58,756 nt of DNA, taken from contig JBFHWX010000003.1 in the NCBI GenBank assembly GCA_041599275.1, positions 1-58,756 on the forward strand. The letters run 5' to 3'. Numbering within the stretch: position 1 is the stretch's first letter; each line of letters opens with the position of its first letter. Under the pieces are notes generated by a model, which had not been told where the DNA came from, did not search any database, and was given only the letters and a program-made list of their open reading frames with translations. Below, piece after piece: positions 36,111 to 45,794 of this stretch. Source of the stretch: Desulfobulbales bacterium (GTDB lineage: Bacteria > Desulfobacterota > Desulfobulbia > Desulfobulbales > BM004). A program made the translations under genes and the position numbers.

Positions 36111-37537
36111 TCTTCCTCCTCCCGCCGGTCCCGCCAGCGGACCACCAGCACCCGCCTGGTTTCCGGGGTCACCCGGAAACCATGGTCGATGCGGCAACCG
36201 ACCACTGCGGCAATTGCCCCGTTGCTGGTCAGCACCGGAATGTCCCGGCGCTGCCGGCGGGGAACCTTGTGGTCGGTGAAGAAATCCCCCACTTTTTTTC
36301 GGCCCGGCGCCCCCAGCGGCCAAAACCGGTCGCCCGGGCGGATCGAACGCAGCTCCAGGGGAAAAACCAGACGGTCGGCGTCAAGCCTTTCGCCGTCCCC
36401 CCCCACTTTTTCGTTGCGGCCCGGGACGGCATTTTCCAGAGAAAGAAGAAGTTCCTTGCCCATTTCGGTAAAGTGGTAGCGGCCCGGTCCCGGGATTTCC
36501 CGGCGGAACCGCCCGGGCCCGGCATCGCTTTCCAGGTTCCCCCGTTGCGGCCGGCGGCCCAGCGGGTGGTGAAAGAGCAGACAGCCTGGTTCGAGGCGTA
36601 CCCTCAGCCCACCGGCCAGATGAAGACACTCGCCCCGACCGCCACCGGCGGCCAGACGGCGGATCTGTTCGATGCCCCGGAAGCTCGGGCGGCAGCCGAG
36701 CTGCCAGCAGGCCCGCTCCAGGAGACGGCGCTGCAGTGCCACAGGCTGATTCCGGAAAAGTGTGGTGTCGAGCTGCAGTTCGTCTCGCCCCGGCGTGGCG
36801 AGCCGCTCCCAGATGTCGCTGGTGAGTTCCTCGAGGAGCCGCTCTTCTTCTCCGAGGACTTCGGCGGTCTGCACCAGAGTCTGGCTTATCCGTGGGTTGT
36901 AGTGGGCTGCGAGATGGGGCAGGAGGAGGTGGCGGATCCGGTTGCGGAGATAAAGGGTGGAACGGTTCGAGCTGTCTTCGTGGAAGGCGATGGTGTGTCG
37001 CTCGAGGTAGTCGAGGAGTTGTCTTTTGCGTACTTCGAGCAGCGGCCGGATATAGCGGCCGCGCCTGGCCCGCATGCCGGCCAGGCCCTGGCGGCCGCTG
37101 CCGCGCAGCAGCCGCAGCAGGAGTTCCTCCGCCTGGTCGTCGGCGGTATGGCCAAGGGCGATGAATTGGGCGTCCACGGCGTCGGCGGTCTCTTCGAGGA
37201 AACGGTAGCGCAGGATGCGGGCTGCTTCCTCGGTGGAAGTCCTGTGTTGTCGGGCAAAGGCCGGCACGTCCACCGCTCCCAGGCGGAAGGGGATGCCGAG
37301 CCGCTCGGCGTGGAAGCGGATGAGCTGCCGTTCGCTGGAGCTTTCGGCGGGCCGCAAACCGTGATCGACGTAGGCCGCCACCAGTTCTGTCTTCAGGTCT
37401 GCGGCAAGCTCGGCCAGCAGGTAGAGCAGAGCGGTGGAATCGGGGCCGGCGGAGGTGGCCACCAGCAGCCGGCAGCCGGCCGGGATCGGAGCGGAGTCCC
37501 TGATCTGGCGGGCGGTGATGGCGGTCACAGGATGCAT
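36092..37537 (-). CDS. tilS: tRNA(Ile)-lysidine synthetase
   Basis: SAGPDS PP-loop variant, VDHGLR, EEAARILRY, GHTADDQAE, IRPLL, DSSN..YLRNRIR, TilS C-terminal GDRF.PLG..G.KKV. Confidence 0.95.
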   Translation of the reverse strand: MHPVTAITARQIRDSAPIPAGCRLLVATSAGPDSTALLYLLAELAADLKTELVAAYVDHGLRPAESSSERQLIRFHAERLGIPFRLGAVDVPAFARQHRTSTEEAARILRYRFLEETADAVDAQFIALGHTADDQAEELLLRLLRGSGRQGLAGMRARRGRYIRPLLEVRKRQLLDYLERHTIAFHEDSSNRSTLYLRNRIRHLLLPHLAAHYNPRISQTLVQTAEVLGEEERLLEELTSDIWERLATPGRDELQLDTTLFRNQPVALQRRLLERACWQLGCRPSFRGIEQIRRLAAGGGRGECLHLAGGLRVRLEPGCLLFHHPLGRRPQRGNLESDAGPGRFRREIPGPGRYHFTEMGKELLLSLENAVPGRNEKVGGDGERLDADRLVFPLELRSIRPGDRFWPLGAPGRKKVGDFFTDHKVPRRQRRDIPVLTSNGAIAAVVGCRIDHGFRVTPETRRVLVVRWRDRREEEDQPRIE

Positions 37538-37591
37538 GGACAGTGGTCTGGCGTTTCGGGTCAGGTGTTTCGCAGGAAAGAAGGGGGGAGA

Positions 37592-38182
37592 ATGAACCGG
37601 GCAAGGGTGAAAAAGAAACCGATAGGCTCGAATTTTCCCTTTGCCTGGTCACCGGCGACCCCTGGGGTGGGCCCGGTGGCACCCGGGCAGTGCAGGTTGG
37701 CTGCCGTCACCTGGTATTTTTTCCTCGATCATAGCGGCGGTTTGCTTCATCTTGCCGCCGATCCCCTGCACCACCAGAGGGCTGCAGGTCTGCTCGCGGC
37801 TTGCGGCAGGAGCTCCGGGGGCGAGGAGGAGGAAAATTTCCGTCGTCTGCTGAAAGAATGCTGGGTCGGTAGCCGGCAGACCATGACCTGGCCGGTCAAT
37901 CCTTTTTTTCTCGAGCAGGCCACGGACTTCCAACTCCGGGTCTGGTCCCTGCTCTGCACCATCGACCGGGGCACGGTGAAGACCTACGGCGATCTGGCCG
38001 CCGAGCTCGGCCGGCCCGGCGCCGCCCGGGCCGTGGGCCAGGCCTGTCATCACAACCCGCTTCTGTTGTTCATCCCCTGCCATCGCCTGGTGGCCGCAAC
38101 CGGGCTCGGCGGCTTTGCCGGCGGCCAGGAGGTGAAGCGTCATCTCCTGGAGCTCGAGGGGGTGGCCGGCCTGCCGGGCTGA
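37592..38182 (+). CDS. ogt: Methylated-DNA-protein-cysteine methyltransferase
   Basis: TDFQLRVW, TYGDLA..LG.PGAARAVG, NPL..IPCHR, GGFAGG..VK..LL.LE; start is approximate. Confidence 0.88.
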   Translation: MNRARVKKKPIGSNFPFAWSPATPGVGPVAPGQCRLAAVTWYFFLDHSGGLLHLAADPLHHQRAAGLLAACGRSSGGEEEENFRRLLKECWVGSRQTMTWPVNPFFLEQATDFQLRVWSLLCTIDRGTVKTYGDLAAELGRPGAARAVGQACHHNPLLLFIPCHRLVAATGLGGFAGGQEVKRHLLELEGVAGLPG

Positions 38183-38208
38183 AAAAACACGCCTGGCAGA
38201 GCGGTCTT

Positions 38209-39891
38209 TCAGCGCGGCAGGGTCTGCAACAGGCCAGGAAAATCGTTTTCGATCTGTTTGTCGATAAGGGCCATGTTGCCCCGCACCTTGTCCTCGAGCC
38301 CGGCCTCCGGGTATTTCGTCAGGATTTCCTGCAACTCCCGCCGGGAAGCGAGCAACAACTCCTTCTTGCGGTCCGGGGCGCCGGTGTTCTGGGCCTGGAC
38401 GAAGAGGTTGGCCGCCTTTTTCCGGCGTTCCGCCGCGGCGCCCTGGGCCGCCTTGGCAAGCTGTTCCCGGGCAGCGCCATCGTAGTCGGTATTGAGCAGC
38501 GACCGGTAGCTGGCGATGGCTTCATCGTACTGCTGCTGGTCGAGCTGCCGGTTGGCTTCTTCCCACTGTTCCGCCAATTCCTCCGCCGAACCGCCGGAGA
38601 CCGTACTGAAATTGCCGCCGGCCGCCGCCTGGCTGTCGGCCATGGCCTGGCGCACGGTCTGCTCCATGTCCGCCGGCAGGGGGGAGCGGGACAGTTCCTC
38701 GAGAATCTTCATGGCCTCGGCATGCCGGCCCTGCTCGGCAAGGCGGTTGGCTTCGGTGAGTCTGGTGCCGGCTTGAGCGCGCAACTCGTCGTCGCTCATT
38801 TCCTCTATGGGGAGAAACTCCGTGGCTGGGGCGGGCGTTTCGGCGGGCCGCGCGCCGGGGGACTGTTGCGCGGGCAGAGCGCCGGAAGCGGCGTCGAAAC
38901 CGCCCTGCAGGGCGGTGAGCCGGCCTTGGGCGTAGGCGCGCTGGGGTAGGATTTCGTCGGCTGCCCGCAGCATCGTCGTGTAGTGGTCTCGGGCTTCTTC
39001 GAGCAGGCCCCGGGCCACCAGCATGTCGGCCAGTTGCCGCTGCAGGAGCCATGGGGCGCCGGTGGGCGGCTGGGCCTCGGTAACTTCCCGGTAGACCGCG
39101 ATGGCCTCGTCGTATCTGCCGCTGCGCAGCAGAGCCTCTCCGTAAAAGCGCTTGGCCTCCAAGGGGATTTCACCGCCGCTCGCTTTCAGGTCGTCGTAGG
39201 CGCTGATGGCCTGGTCGTACTGGCGCTGCTCCACCAGGCTGCGGATCCGCCCGGCCACTTCCTCTCGCTCGGCGGTCGTGACAGTCTGCTGGGCGTCACC
39301 GCTCAGGGTGTCGAGCAGGCGGCCGCAGTCGCTCTCCAGGTAGGAGATGTCGCTCAGCAGCACCTCAGAGACCTGCTGGGCCGGGGCGCTGCCCGTGTCG
39401 GCGATGCGGGCCCTGAGGGCGGCGTATTCGCGCTGGATCCCGGTGAGCCGCTCCATGCAGACGCTGGCCTCGCCGGCTTTGCCGGAGTCGAGCCGGTTCC
39501 AGGTGCCGGTGGTGTGCAGCTGCTGCCAGAGCCGGTATTTGTCGGTGACCACCGCCAGCCGCTGTTCGACAAGATGGCTGTGGTCGGCAACGGGCTCCGG
39601 GGGGGCTGGCGCCGGTTCGCTTGGCAACGGCGGTATGGCCTGCTCCCTGATGATTCCGGTTTCGCCGCTCCGCACGATGGGCGCCTCCCGGCCGCTGGCG
39701 GGCCGGGGTGGAGAAGAGGGGCGGCTGTCCGGTGGGTCGACGGTGACCGGCCGGGCCACCGGCGCTCCGCCGGGCACGACCGGGTAGCGGGCGGGGGGCG
39801 GGTAAGCCGGGGGCGGGGAGGCGCAACCGTGCAGCAGGGTTGCCAGCAGCAGGAGGGCGAAAGGTGTGCTCTGGGGCAATGGTCTGTTCAT
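38209..39891 (-). CDS. TPR-containing lipoprotein with a Pro-rich linker
   Basis: Lipobox LLHG-C, Pro-rich N-terminus, helical repeats (YDQAISAY, GRYDEAIAVY, YDEAIASY). Confidence 0.78.
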   Translation of the reverse strand: MNRPLPQSTPFALLLLATLLHGCASPPPAYPPPARYPVVPGGAPVARPVTVDPPDSRPSSPPRPASGREAPIVRSGETGIIREQAIPPLPSEPAPAPPEPVADHSHLVEQRLAVVTDKYRLWQQLHTTGTWNRLDSGKAGEASVCMERLTGIQREYAALRARIADTGSAPAQQVSEVLLSDISYLESDCGRLLDTLSGDAQQTVTTAEREEVAGRIRSLVEQRQYDQAISAYDDLKASGGEIPLEAKRFYGEALLRSGRYDEAIAVYREVTEAQPPTGAPWLLQRQLADMLVARGLLEEARDHYTTMLRAADEILPQRAYAQGRLTALQGGFDAASGALPAQQSPGARPAETPAPATEFLPIEEMSDDELRAQAGTRLTEANRLAEQGRHAEAMKILEELSRSPLPADMEQTVRQAMADSQAAAGGNFSTVSGGSAEELAEQWEEANRQLDQQQYDEAIASYRSLLNTDYDGAAREQLAKAAQGAAAERRKKAANLFVQAQNTGAPDRKKELLLASRRELQEILTKYPEAGLEDKVRGNMALIDKQIENDFPGLLQTLPR

Positions 39892-40090
39892 TCCGGAGTG
39901 GTCCTGGAATCTCCCGTGCCGATGGCTCCGGAAGGCTGAAAAAGGTAATGCAGCGTTACGGCGGAGTCCATGCGGCAGGGTTTGGGTGTGCTCTCGGGCG
40001 GTTGAAAATAGCTCAAGATACCAGGTGGTCGCCGCTTTTGTAAAGGGGCGGGGGAAAACCCTGGCCGTTGCTCTTTGTTCCTGCTCCCAC

Positions 40091-43000
40091 TCAGGGCTCA
40101 GGTTGCCAGAAAGGCTGGAAAAAACGGCTGGGCTGGAAGTCACCCGTATTGGTGGCCACCCCGAAGGTCACCACTCTGGCTTCGCCGCCCCCCCAGGCCG
40201 GCATGCCGTTTTCCTGGTTGACCGGCATGGTGATCTGGCCGATGTCCGGGGTTTGCAGAGACAGTTCCACGGGGCGGGCGCTGATGTTGGCGGTGAAGGC
40301 AAGGTCCACCAGATCGAGGGCATCGACGAATGCCGGATTGTGCTGGATGGCCGCGGCGATCCGGCTCCAGATCTGCAGGGCGCCCTGGGCGCCGGAAATG
40401 CGGATATCCCGGTGCTTCATGGGTTGGTTGTCGTCAAAGCCCACGTAGGAGGTTACCGTGTAGCCGTCGGCGGTGGTGATGGAGCTCGTGCCCGGGGTGG
40501 GGCCAGGCACCGCGCCAGCGAAGGCCGAGTTGACGAAACGGTTGGCGGTGCCGGTCTTGCCGAGCAGGGGAAAGCGGATTTGCAGGCCGGCAAGCTCAAG
40601 ACTGTTGTCCCGGGCTGGCACGGTGAACAGGACGTTTTCATGGGCGTGACGCCCGGTGCCGAAGCGGATGACGTTTTTCAGAATGTCGCTTGCGGCCACC
40701 ACCGCCTGGGGGGAGAGGACGCGGGTGACCTGTGGCTGGTTTGCGGCGTAGAGTATCTGGCCGTTGTTGTCCTCGATCCGGTCGATGATGGCCAGGGAGT
40801 CGTCGCTCTCCCGGATGGCAAGGCCCGTGGTCAGCCCCTCGTAGGCCCGGGCGGTTTCCAGCAGACTGGTGACGTTGGAGCCCAGGGGAAAGGAGAGCAC
40901 CGGCTGCAGGTCGCTTTCGATACCCAGTGCCCGGGAAAGTCCGATGACGTAAGAGATGCCGGCCAGTACCCGGAAATCCGGCAGTTCGTGGAGCACCTCC
41001 TCGCTGTAGGGCGGGAAGGCGGCAAGCCGGTTGTATTCCCGGTCCATGGCCCGTTGCAGGAGATCGAGGGTGGCGGCCCGGACCCGACCGCCGACATAGA
41101 CCTCGTCCCAGGCAATGGCGGGGGCCTGGGGCTCGCTGGCGAAAACGTCGAAAAAGCCCCGGCTTGCCGGCGGCGGGGCCTGGTATTCGTAGGGGCTCAT
41201 GGGCCGCCAGTTGGGAGGCAGGTTGTAGCCGTCGGTGAAGATCACGCTGCCGGTGGCGGCATCGCGGTAGAGCCGGCCGCCCGTGCCGTTTCCCGTACCG
41301 TTGCGCAGTTGCGCCAGCTCGTTGCGCAGCCCCTGAAAACGCAGGAAATTTCTGGTCAGGATGTTTTTCCGCAGCTCCAGTTCGTCCCGGGAATAGTCGC
41401 CGTTCTTGACGGCCTTCTCGCCTTCCTGCACGGTCATGGCCAGGTACTGGTCGAAGTCGGCGCCGTAGTGGAGTTTTTTCAAAAAATCGAGTTCCTGCAG
41501 AGCGCCGGCGAAGATGAGATCGGGTTCGATCTCCCGCACGGCGTTCTGAAAGGCGGCGCGTTTGAGGGTGGTGGCGTTGACCAGAATGCCGCGCCGGTCG
41601 CGGATCCGGGCCGCATAATCACGGTACGATTCGTCGTCGCGGCGGGCCAGGTCGAGATGGGTGAGAACTTCCTTGAACTGGGCCGGGGTGAGCCGGTCGC
41701 AGAGATGGTAAAGCAGCCAGACCGAGGCCAGGTTCTCGGATTTCACCCCGGCCCAGTCCATGGAGACAGTGGCGTGGGGGCTCACGTGGTCGGGGCGCGG
41801 GAAGTAGGCCTGGCCTTGGTAAATGAAGACGTCGCGTTCGTTGTTGAGACCGTCGAGATTGTTCCAGCCAAGCTGCAGGGCGGCGGCGTAGACCAGCGGC
41901 TTGATTGCCGAGCCCATCGGCCGCTTGGCGTCGAGAGCGCGGTTGTAGTAGAAATTCTCGACGCCGCCGATCATGGCTTTGATCTTGCCTTGTTTGAGAA
42001 CGATGGCGCCGCCTTGGAGCCGGGGGTATTTTTCCAGGTCGAGCTGATAGAGACCGGTCTCTTCGTCCTTTTCCCCGAGGCTGACGTAGACCGTGTCGTT
42101 TTCCTTGATTTCGGCCAGCAGCAGCGGCAGGTCCCGGGCCGAGGCCTCGGCCCACTTGTTCTTGCGGTGCTTGACAAGAGAAGCGAGCAGATTTTGGAGA
42201 CCTGCCTGGTCGATGATCCCGGCGCCGTCCCGCAGAGTGTTGCTGAACACCACCCGGATCTCTGGCGCCTTGCCGCCTTCGACCTTTTCCACCGTGCCGA
42301 AGAGAAAGGCGCCGGGCCGGGCCTCGATGTCGCCCCGGTAGGTGGCCGCCGCGTACTCCTGCTGCACGGTGGCGCGCTCGTAGCCCCGCAACAGGGTGTC
42401 CACGGAGGAAAGCTCGCGGCGCAGCGCGAAAAGCGCCTTGTCCTGCAGTTCTTTGTCCACCGTGGTGTAGATGCGGATTCCCGAGGTGGAGACGTTGTCG
42501 ATGCCGTTTTCCTGCAGGGCTTCCTCCAGTTCGTCACTGCCCAGGGCTTGCTTCACCGCGTCCATCACGGTGTTCAGCGGATGAAACATCCGGCCGCGGT
42601 GGAAAGGGATTTCCTGGCCGGACCAGGTGGAGTGGGTGTCGGCGTCGATCATGCCGAGGCTCCGCATCTGGTCGAGCACATAGCGGGTGCGGTCGGCGGC
42701 CCGGCGGCGGGCTGCGGTCTCGCTCTCCTCGGTCTTCTGGATAAAGGGGTTGTAAGCGTTGGGGCGTTTGACGCTGCCGGCGATGAAAGCGCATTCCAGG
42801 GGGCTGAGGTCGCTTACATCCTTGTCGAAGTAGTAGCGGGCCGCCACCCCTAGGCCGTGACCGGTGCCACTCACGTAGAACTGGTTGGCGTAGAACTCGA
42901 AAATTTTCTCCTTGCTGTAATGCTGCTCGAGTTTCAGGGCGTAGAGGAGCTCCTTCAGCTTTTCGGGCAGCGAACGGTCCTTGCGCTTGAAGAGATTCTT

Positions 43001-43387
43001 GGCGGTCTGCTGGGTGATGGTGCTGCCGCCCTGGACGACGCGGCCGGCCCGCAGGTTGGCCAGCATGGCCCGGGCAATGCCTGGCAGGTCGACCCCCGCG
43101 TGCCGGAAGAAGCTGTTGTCTTCGGCGGCGGTGAGGGCGTTGATGAAATCTTTGGGGATCTGTTCGAAGGTGACATACTGGCGGTGCGCTTCCTGGAAGA
43201 AGACTCCGGCCATGTTGGTGCCGTCGGCGTAGTAGACGGGACTTTCCCTGGAAAGGATCTTCTCGATGTTGGCTTCGCTGATTTCCTGCCCCGGGTGAAG
43301 CACGACAAGCCAGTACAAAGAGGCGGCACCGGCCAGGAACAGAAGCAGGCCGGCCAGGAAGGCGGTGAGGAAGAGCTTGCGCAGCAT
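40091..43387 (-). CDS. Class A penicillin-binding protein (PBP1A-like) with large insertions
   Basis: Transglycosylase AAEDNSF..H.GVD, QGGSTITQQTAKN; transpeptidase GSAIK (SxxK), SEN (SxN), KTGT. Confidence 0.93.
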   Translation of the reverse strand: MLRKLFLTAFLAGLLLFLAGAASLYWLVVLHPGQEISEANIEKILSRESPVYYADGTNMAGVFFQEAHRQYVTFEQIPKDFINALTAAEDNSFFRHAGVDLPGIARAMLANLRAGRVVQGGSTITQQTAKNLFKRKDRSLPEKLKELLYALKLEQHYSKEKIFEFYANQFYVSGTGHGLGVAARYYFDKDVSDLSPLECAFIAGSVKRPNAYNPFIQKTEESETAARRRAADRTRYVLDQMRSLGMIDADTHSTWSGQEIPFHRGRMFHPLNTVMDAVKQALGSDELEEALQENGIDNVSTSGIRIYTTVDKELQDKALFALRRELSSVDTLLRGYERATVQQEYAAATYRGDIEARPGAFLFGTVEKVEGGKAPEIRVVFSNTLRDGAGIIDQAGLQNLLASLVKHRKNKWAEASARDLPLLLAEIKENDTVYVSLGEKDEETGLYQLDLEKYPRLQGGAIVLKQGKIKAMIGGVENFYYNRALDAKRPMGSAIKPLVYAAALQLGWNNLDGLNNERDVFIYQGQAYFPRPDHVSPHATVSMDWAGVKSENLASVWLLYHLCDRLTPAQFKEVLTHLDLARRDDESYRDYAARIRDRRGILVNATTLKRAAFQNAVREIEPDLIFAGALQELDFLKKLHYGADFDQYLAMTVQEGEKAVKNGDYSRDELELRKNILTRNFLRFQGLRNELAQLRNGTGNGTGGRLYRDAATGSVIFTDGYNLPPNWRPMSPYEYQAPPPASRGFFDVFASEPQAPAIAWDEVYVGGRVRAATLDLLQRAMDREYNRLAAFPPYSEEVLHELPDFRVLAGISYVIGLSRALGIESDLQPVLSFPLGSNVTSLLETARAYEGLTTGLAIRESDDSLAIIDRIEDNNGQILYAANQPQVTRVLSPQAVVAASDILKNVIRFGTGRHAHENVLFTVPARDNSLELAGLQIRFPLLGKTGTANRFVNSAFAGAVPGPTPGTSSITTADGYTVTSYVGFDDNQPMKHRDIRISGAQGALQIWSRIAAAIQHNPAFVDALDLVDLAFTANISARPVELSLQTPDIGQITMPVNQENGMPAWGGGEARVVTFGVATNTGDFQPSRFFQPFWQPEP

Positions 43388-43758
43388 AGTATTCTGGAAA
43401 GCGGCTTGAAGGGGAGCTGTGGGTCCGGGTGTGAGCCGGTCAGGCTGGTCGTTTTGTTCGACCCGTTGCAGTTGTCTGTTGCCGGACGCCGGTGACGAAA
43501 CCGGCGGTCGGTTCGAGGCGGCGTCGCGGAACGCCCATTCTAGGGTACTTGGTGGCCAAGGGCAAGAGGGTTTTACCATATATTGGAAAAGATGGATCCG
43601 ACGCCAGGCCGCAACAGGGTCCGGCTGGTTTGGGGCGTTCGGCAGAGCAAAAAAAACAGGGTGTCCCGCCGGCGGGGCGTTTTTTTCTTGCCTAGAAAGA
43701 TCGGGGCATGGTAACTACTCTCAGCCGCTAAAGATTTTTTCTTCCTTGTTGGGTGCCC

Positions 43759-45657
43759 ATGGATAAGCAGACGTCACGACTCATTTTTCCCGCCGCCAGC
43801 CTGATCCTGTTCTCTCTCCTCGGGGCCTGCGCGCCGCTTCAGCAGAACAGCGCCAGTGTTTCGGATTCTTCTTTTCAACATTCTGTTTTTGCAGAACAAT
43901 CAGCTGAAGAGCAGGGCGGCGAAAAACTCTGTCGGGTGGATAATGGGTATGGCCTGGAGGAAGAGAGCGAGGCGGGGGCGGAAGCAGAGCCCGCCGAGCC
44001 CCAGGCAACCGTGGCCCAGGAGTTGGCGGATCTGGAAAAACTCGGAAGTTGGGAGGATCGGGAATTGGGCTCTCCCCAATACGATTTTCCTGTAGTCACC
44101 AACAAGCATGTCGAGTATTACCTCGATTTTTTTCAGAATCGGGCCCGGAGTCATTTCGAAAAATGGCTCTCCCGCTCAAACCGTTATCTGCCGATGATCC
44201 ACGAGGAGCTCGCCCGCCAGGGCCTGCCCCTGGACCTCGCCTATCTCGCGCTGGTGGAAAGCGGCTTCAGCAACACAGCGGTGTCCTCCGCCAAGGCCAC
44301 CGGCATGTGGCAGTTCATGGCCCCCACGGCCAAGGATTACGGCCTGCGGGTCGACCGCTACGTCGACGAACGGCGCGACCCGGTCAAGGCCACCAAGGCG
44401 GCGGTGTCCCACCTCAAGGACCTGCACAACGAGTTCGATTCCTGGTACCTGGCGGTGGCCGGCTACAACGCCGGCATCGGCACCATCCGCCGCGCCCTTG
44501 CCAAGTACGATACCCGTTCCTTCTGGGAGCTCGCCAACGAGGATTGTTTGCAGAAGGAAACCAAGCTCTACGTGCCGAAGCTCCTGGCCGCCATCATCAT
44601 CGCCAAGAACCCCGAGAAATACGGGTTCAGCCGCGAGGGTGGCCAGCCGGTTCTGGCCTATGAGTACTGTGACCTGCCCGGCGCCGTTTCCCTGCGGGCG
44701 GTGGCCAAGGCCAGCGGCACCGACGAGGAGGAGCTCGTGCAGCTCAACCGGGAGTTGCTGCGCGGTGTCACCCCGCCGGGGGAATCCTCCTACCGGATCC
44801 GGGTGCCGGTGGGCAAGCGCCAGGTGGTGCTCGCCAATCTGGAGCGGGTGCGGAGCATCGCCAAAACAGATTTCAAGACCCATGTGGTGGCCCGCGGCGA
44901 GACCATTTCCGGGATCGGCAAGCGCTATGGAGTGAGCACCACCGCCCTGCTGAAGGCCAACAACCTGCGCGGTTCCTTCCTGTTGGCAGGCGAACGGCTG
45001 CGCATTCCGGTGACCGACACCGAGTACCAATTGCTTGCCCAGGCGACGGGCGCCGCCGCCAGCCACAGGATAGCACCGGGCGAGACCCTCTCCGGCATCG
45101 CCCATCGTTATGGTGTTTCGGCACGGGATCTGATGGCCATGAACGATCTTGAGAACGGCGGGAAAATCCGGGCCGGCCAGATCCTCGCTGTGCCCGGCCG
45201 CGCCGGGAGCCGCGCTGCCGATGCCTCCGGCGTCCCCGTGCTGGCGGCCAGCGGGGTGAAGGTCGCCAGGGCCGCGACCTCGGTTGCCGATGCCCCGCAG
45301 CTGACCGCGGCAAAGACCGTGCGCAAGGAAGAGCGCCGGCAAGAGGCCGAGGCCAGCTATGTGGTGAAGAACGGCGATACCCTGTGGGAGATCGCCCGCC
45401 GCTTCGATCTGTCCGCCGCCGATATCCGCAAATGGAACCGGTTGAGCGGCGACGCCATCCGCCCCGGCGACACCCTGCAGCTCCGGGCCGCCGCCGAAAC
45501 CGGCCAGCGGCGGGACGCCTACTACGACGTGCAGCAGGGCGACTCCCTCATCACCATAGCCAGAAAGCACAACGTCACCCCCTCGGAGATCAGGCAGTGG
45601 AACAATCTCTCCGGTGATCTCATCAGGCCGGGTCATCGCCTGCTGGTGAGGATGTAA
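43759..45657 (+). CDS. mltD: Membrane-bound lytic murein transglycosylase D-like lipoprotein with 4 LysM domains
   Basis: LGAC lipobox; LVESGF...A.S.A.ATGMWQFM..T, DERRDP, AGYNAG, ETKLYVPK; four G(E/D)(T/S)L..IA-type LysM repeats. Confidence 0.9.
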   Translation: MDKQTSRLIFPAASLILFSLLGACAPLQQNSASVSDSSFQHSVFAEQSAEEQGGEKLCRVDNGYGLEEESEAGAEAEPAEPQATVAQELADLEKLGSWEDRELGSPQYDFPVVTNKHVEYYLDFFQNRARSHFEKWLSRSNRYLPMIHEELARQGLPLDLAYLALVESGFSNTAVSSAKATGMWQFMAPTAKDYGLRVDRYVDERRDPVKATKAAVSHLKDLHNEFDSWYLAVAGYNAGIGTIRRALAKYDTRSFWELANEDCLQKETKLYVPKLLAAIIIAKNPEKYGFSREGGQPVLAYEYCDLPGAVSLRAVAKASGTDEEELVQLNRELLRGVTPPGESSYRIRVPVGKRQVVLANLERVRSIAKTDFKTHVVARGETISGIGKRYGVSTTALLKANNLRGSFLLAGERLRIPVTDTEYQLLAQATGAAASHRIAPGETLSGIAHRYGVSARDLMAMNDLENGGKIRAGQILAVPGRAGSRAADASGVPVLAASGVKVARAATSVADAPQLTAAKTVRKEERRQEAEASYVVKNGDTLWEIARRFDLSAADIRKWNRLSGDAIRPGDTLQLRAAAETGQRRDAYYDVQQGDSLITIARKHNVTPSEIRQWNNLSGDLIRPGHRLLVRM

Positions 45658-45702
45658 CAGAGGGCGGAAATCCTCCGTCCCCCGGAGTCTGACAACAGTT
45701 CG

Positions 45703-45728
45703 CCGGCGGTTGTTCGCCGCCGGTTTTT
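45703..45728 (+). terminator. Putative intrinsic terminator after mltD
   Basis: CCGGCGGT-TGTTC-GCCGCCGG-TTTTT. Confidence 0.55.
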
Positions 45729-45794
45729 ATCGGGCAGTCGGCTTTTTTTCGAAGCCGCCACTGCCTGTTTTCTTTTATGGGTTCCTAAGAGGTC

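Noticed and set aside
8257-42853. Very long antisense ORFs (e.g. 8257-10641, 15170-17638, 22606-25245, 39866-42853)
   Set aside because: Shadow frames of real genes, expected at high GC3; no motifs
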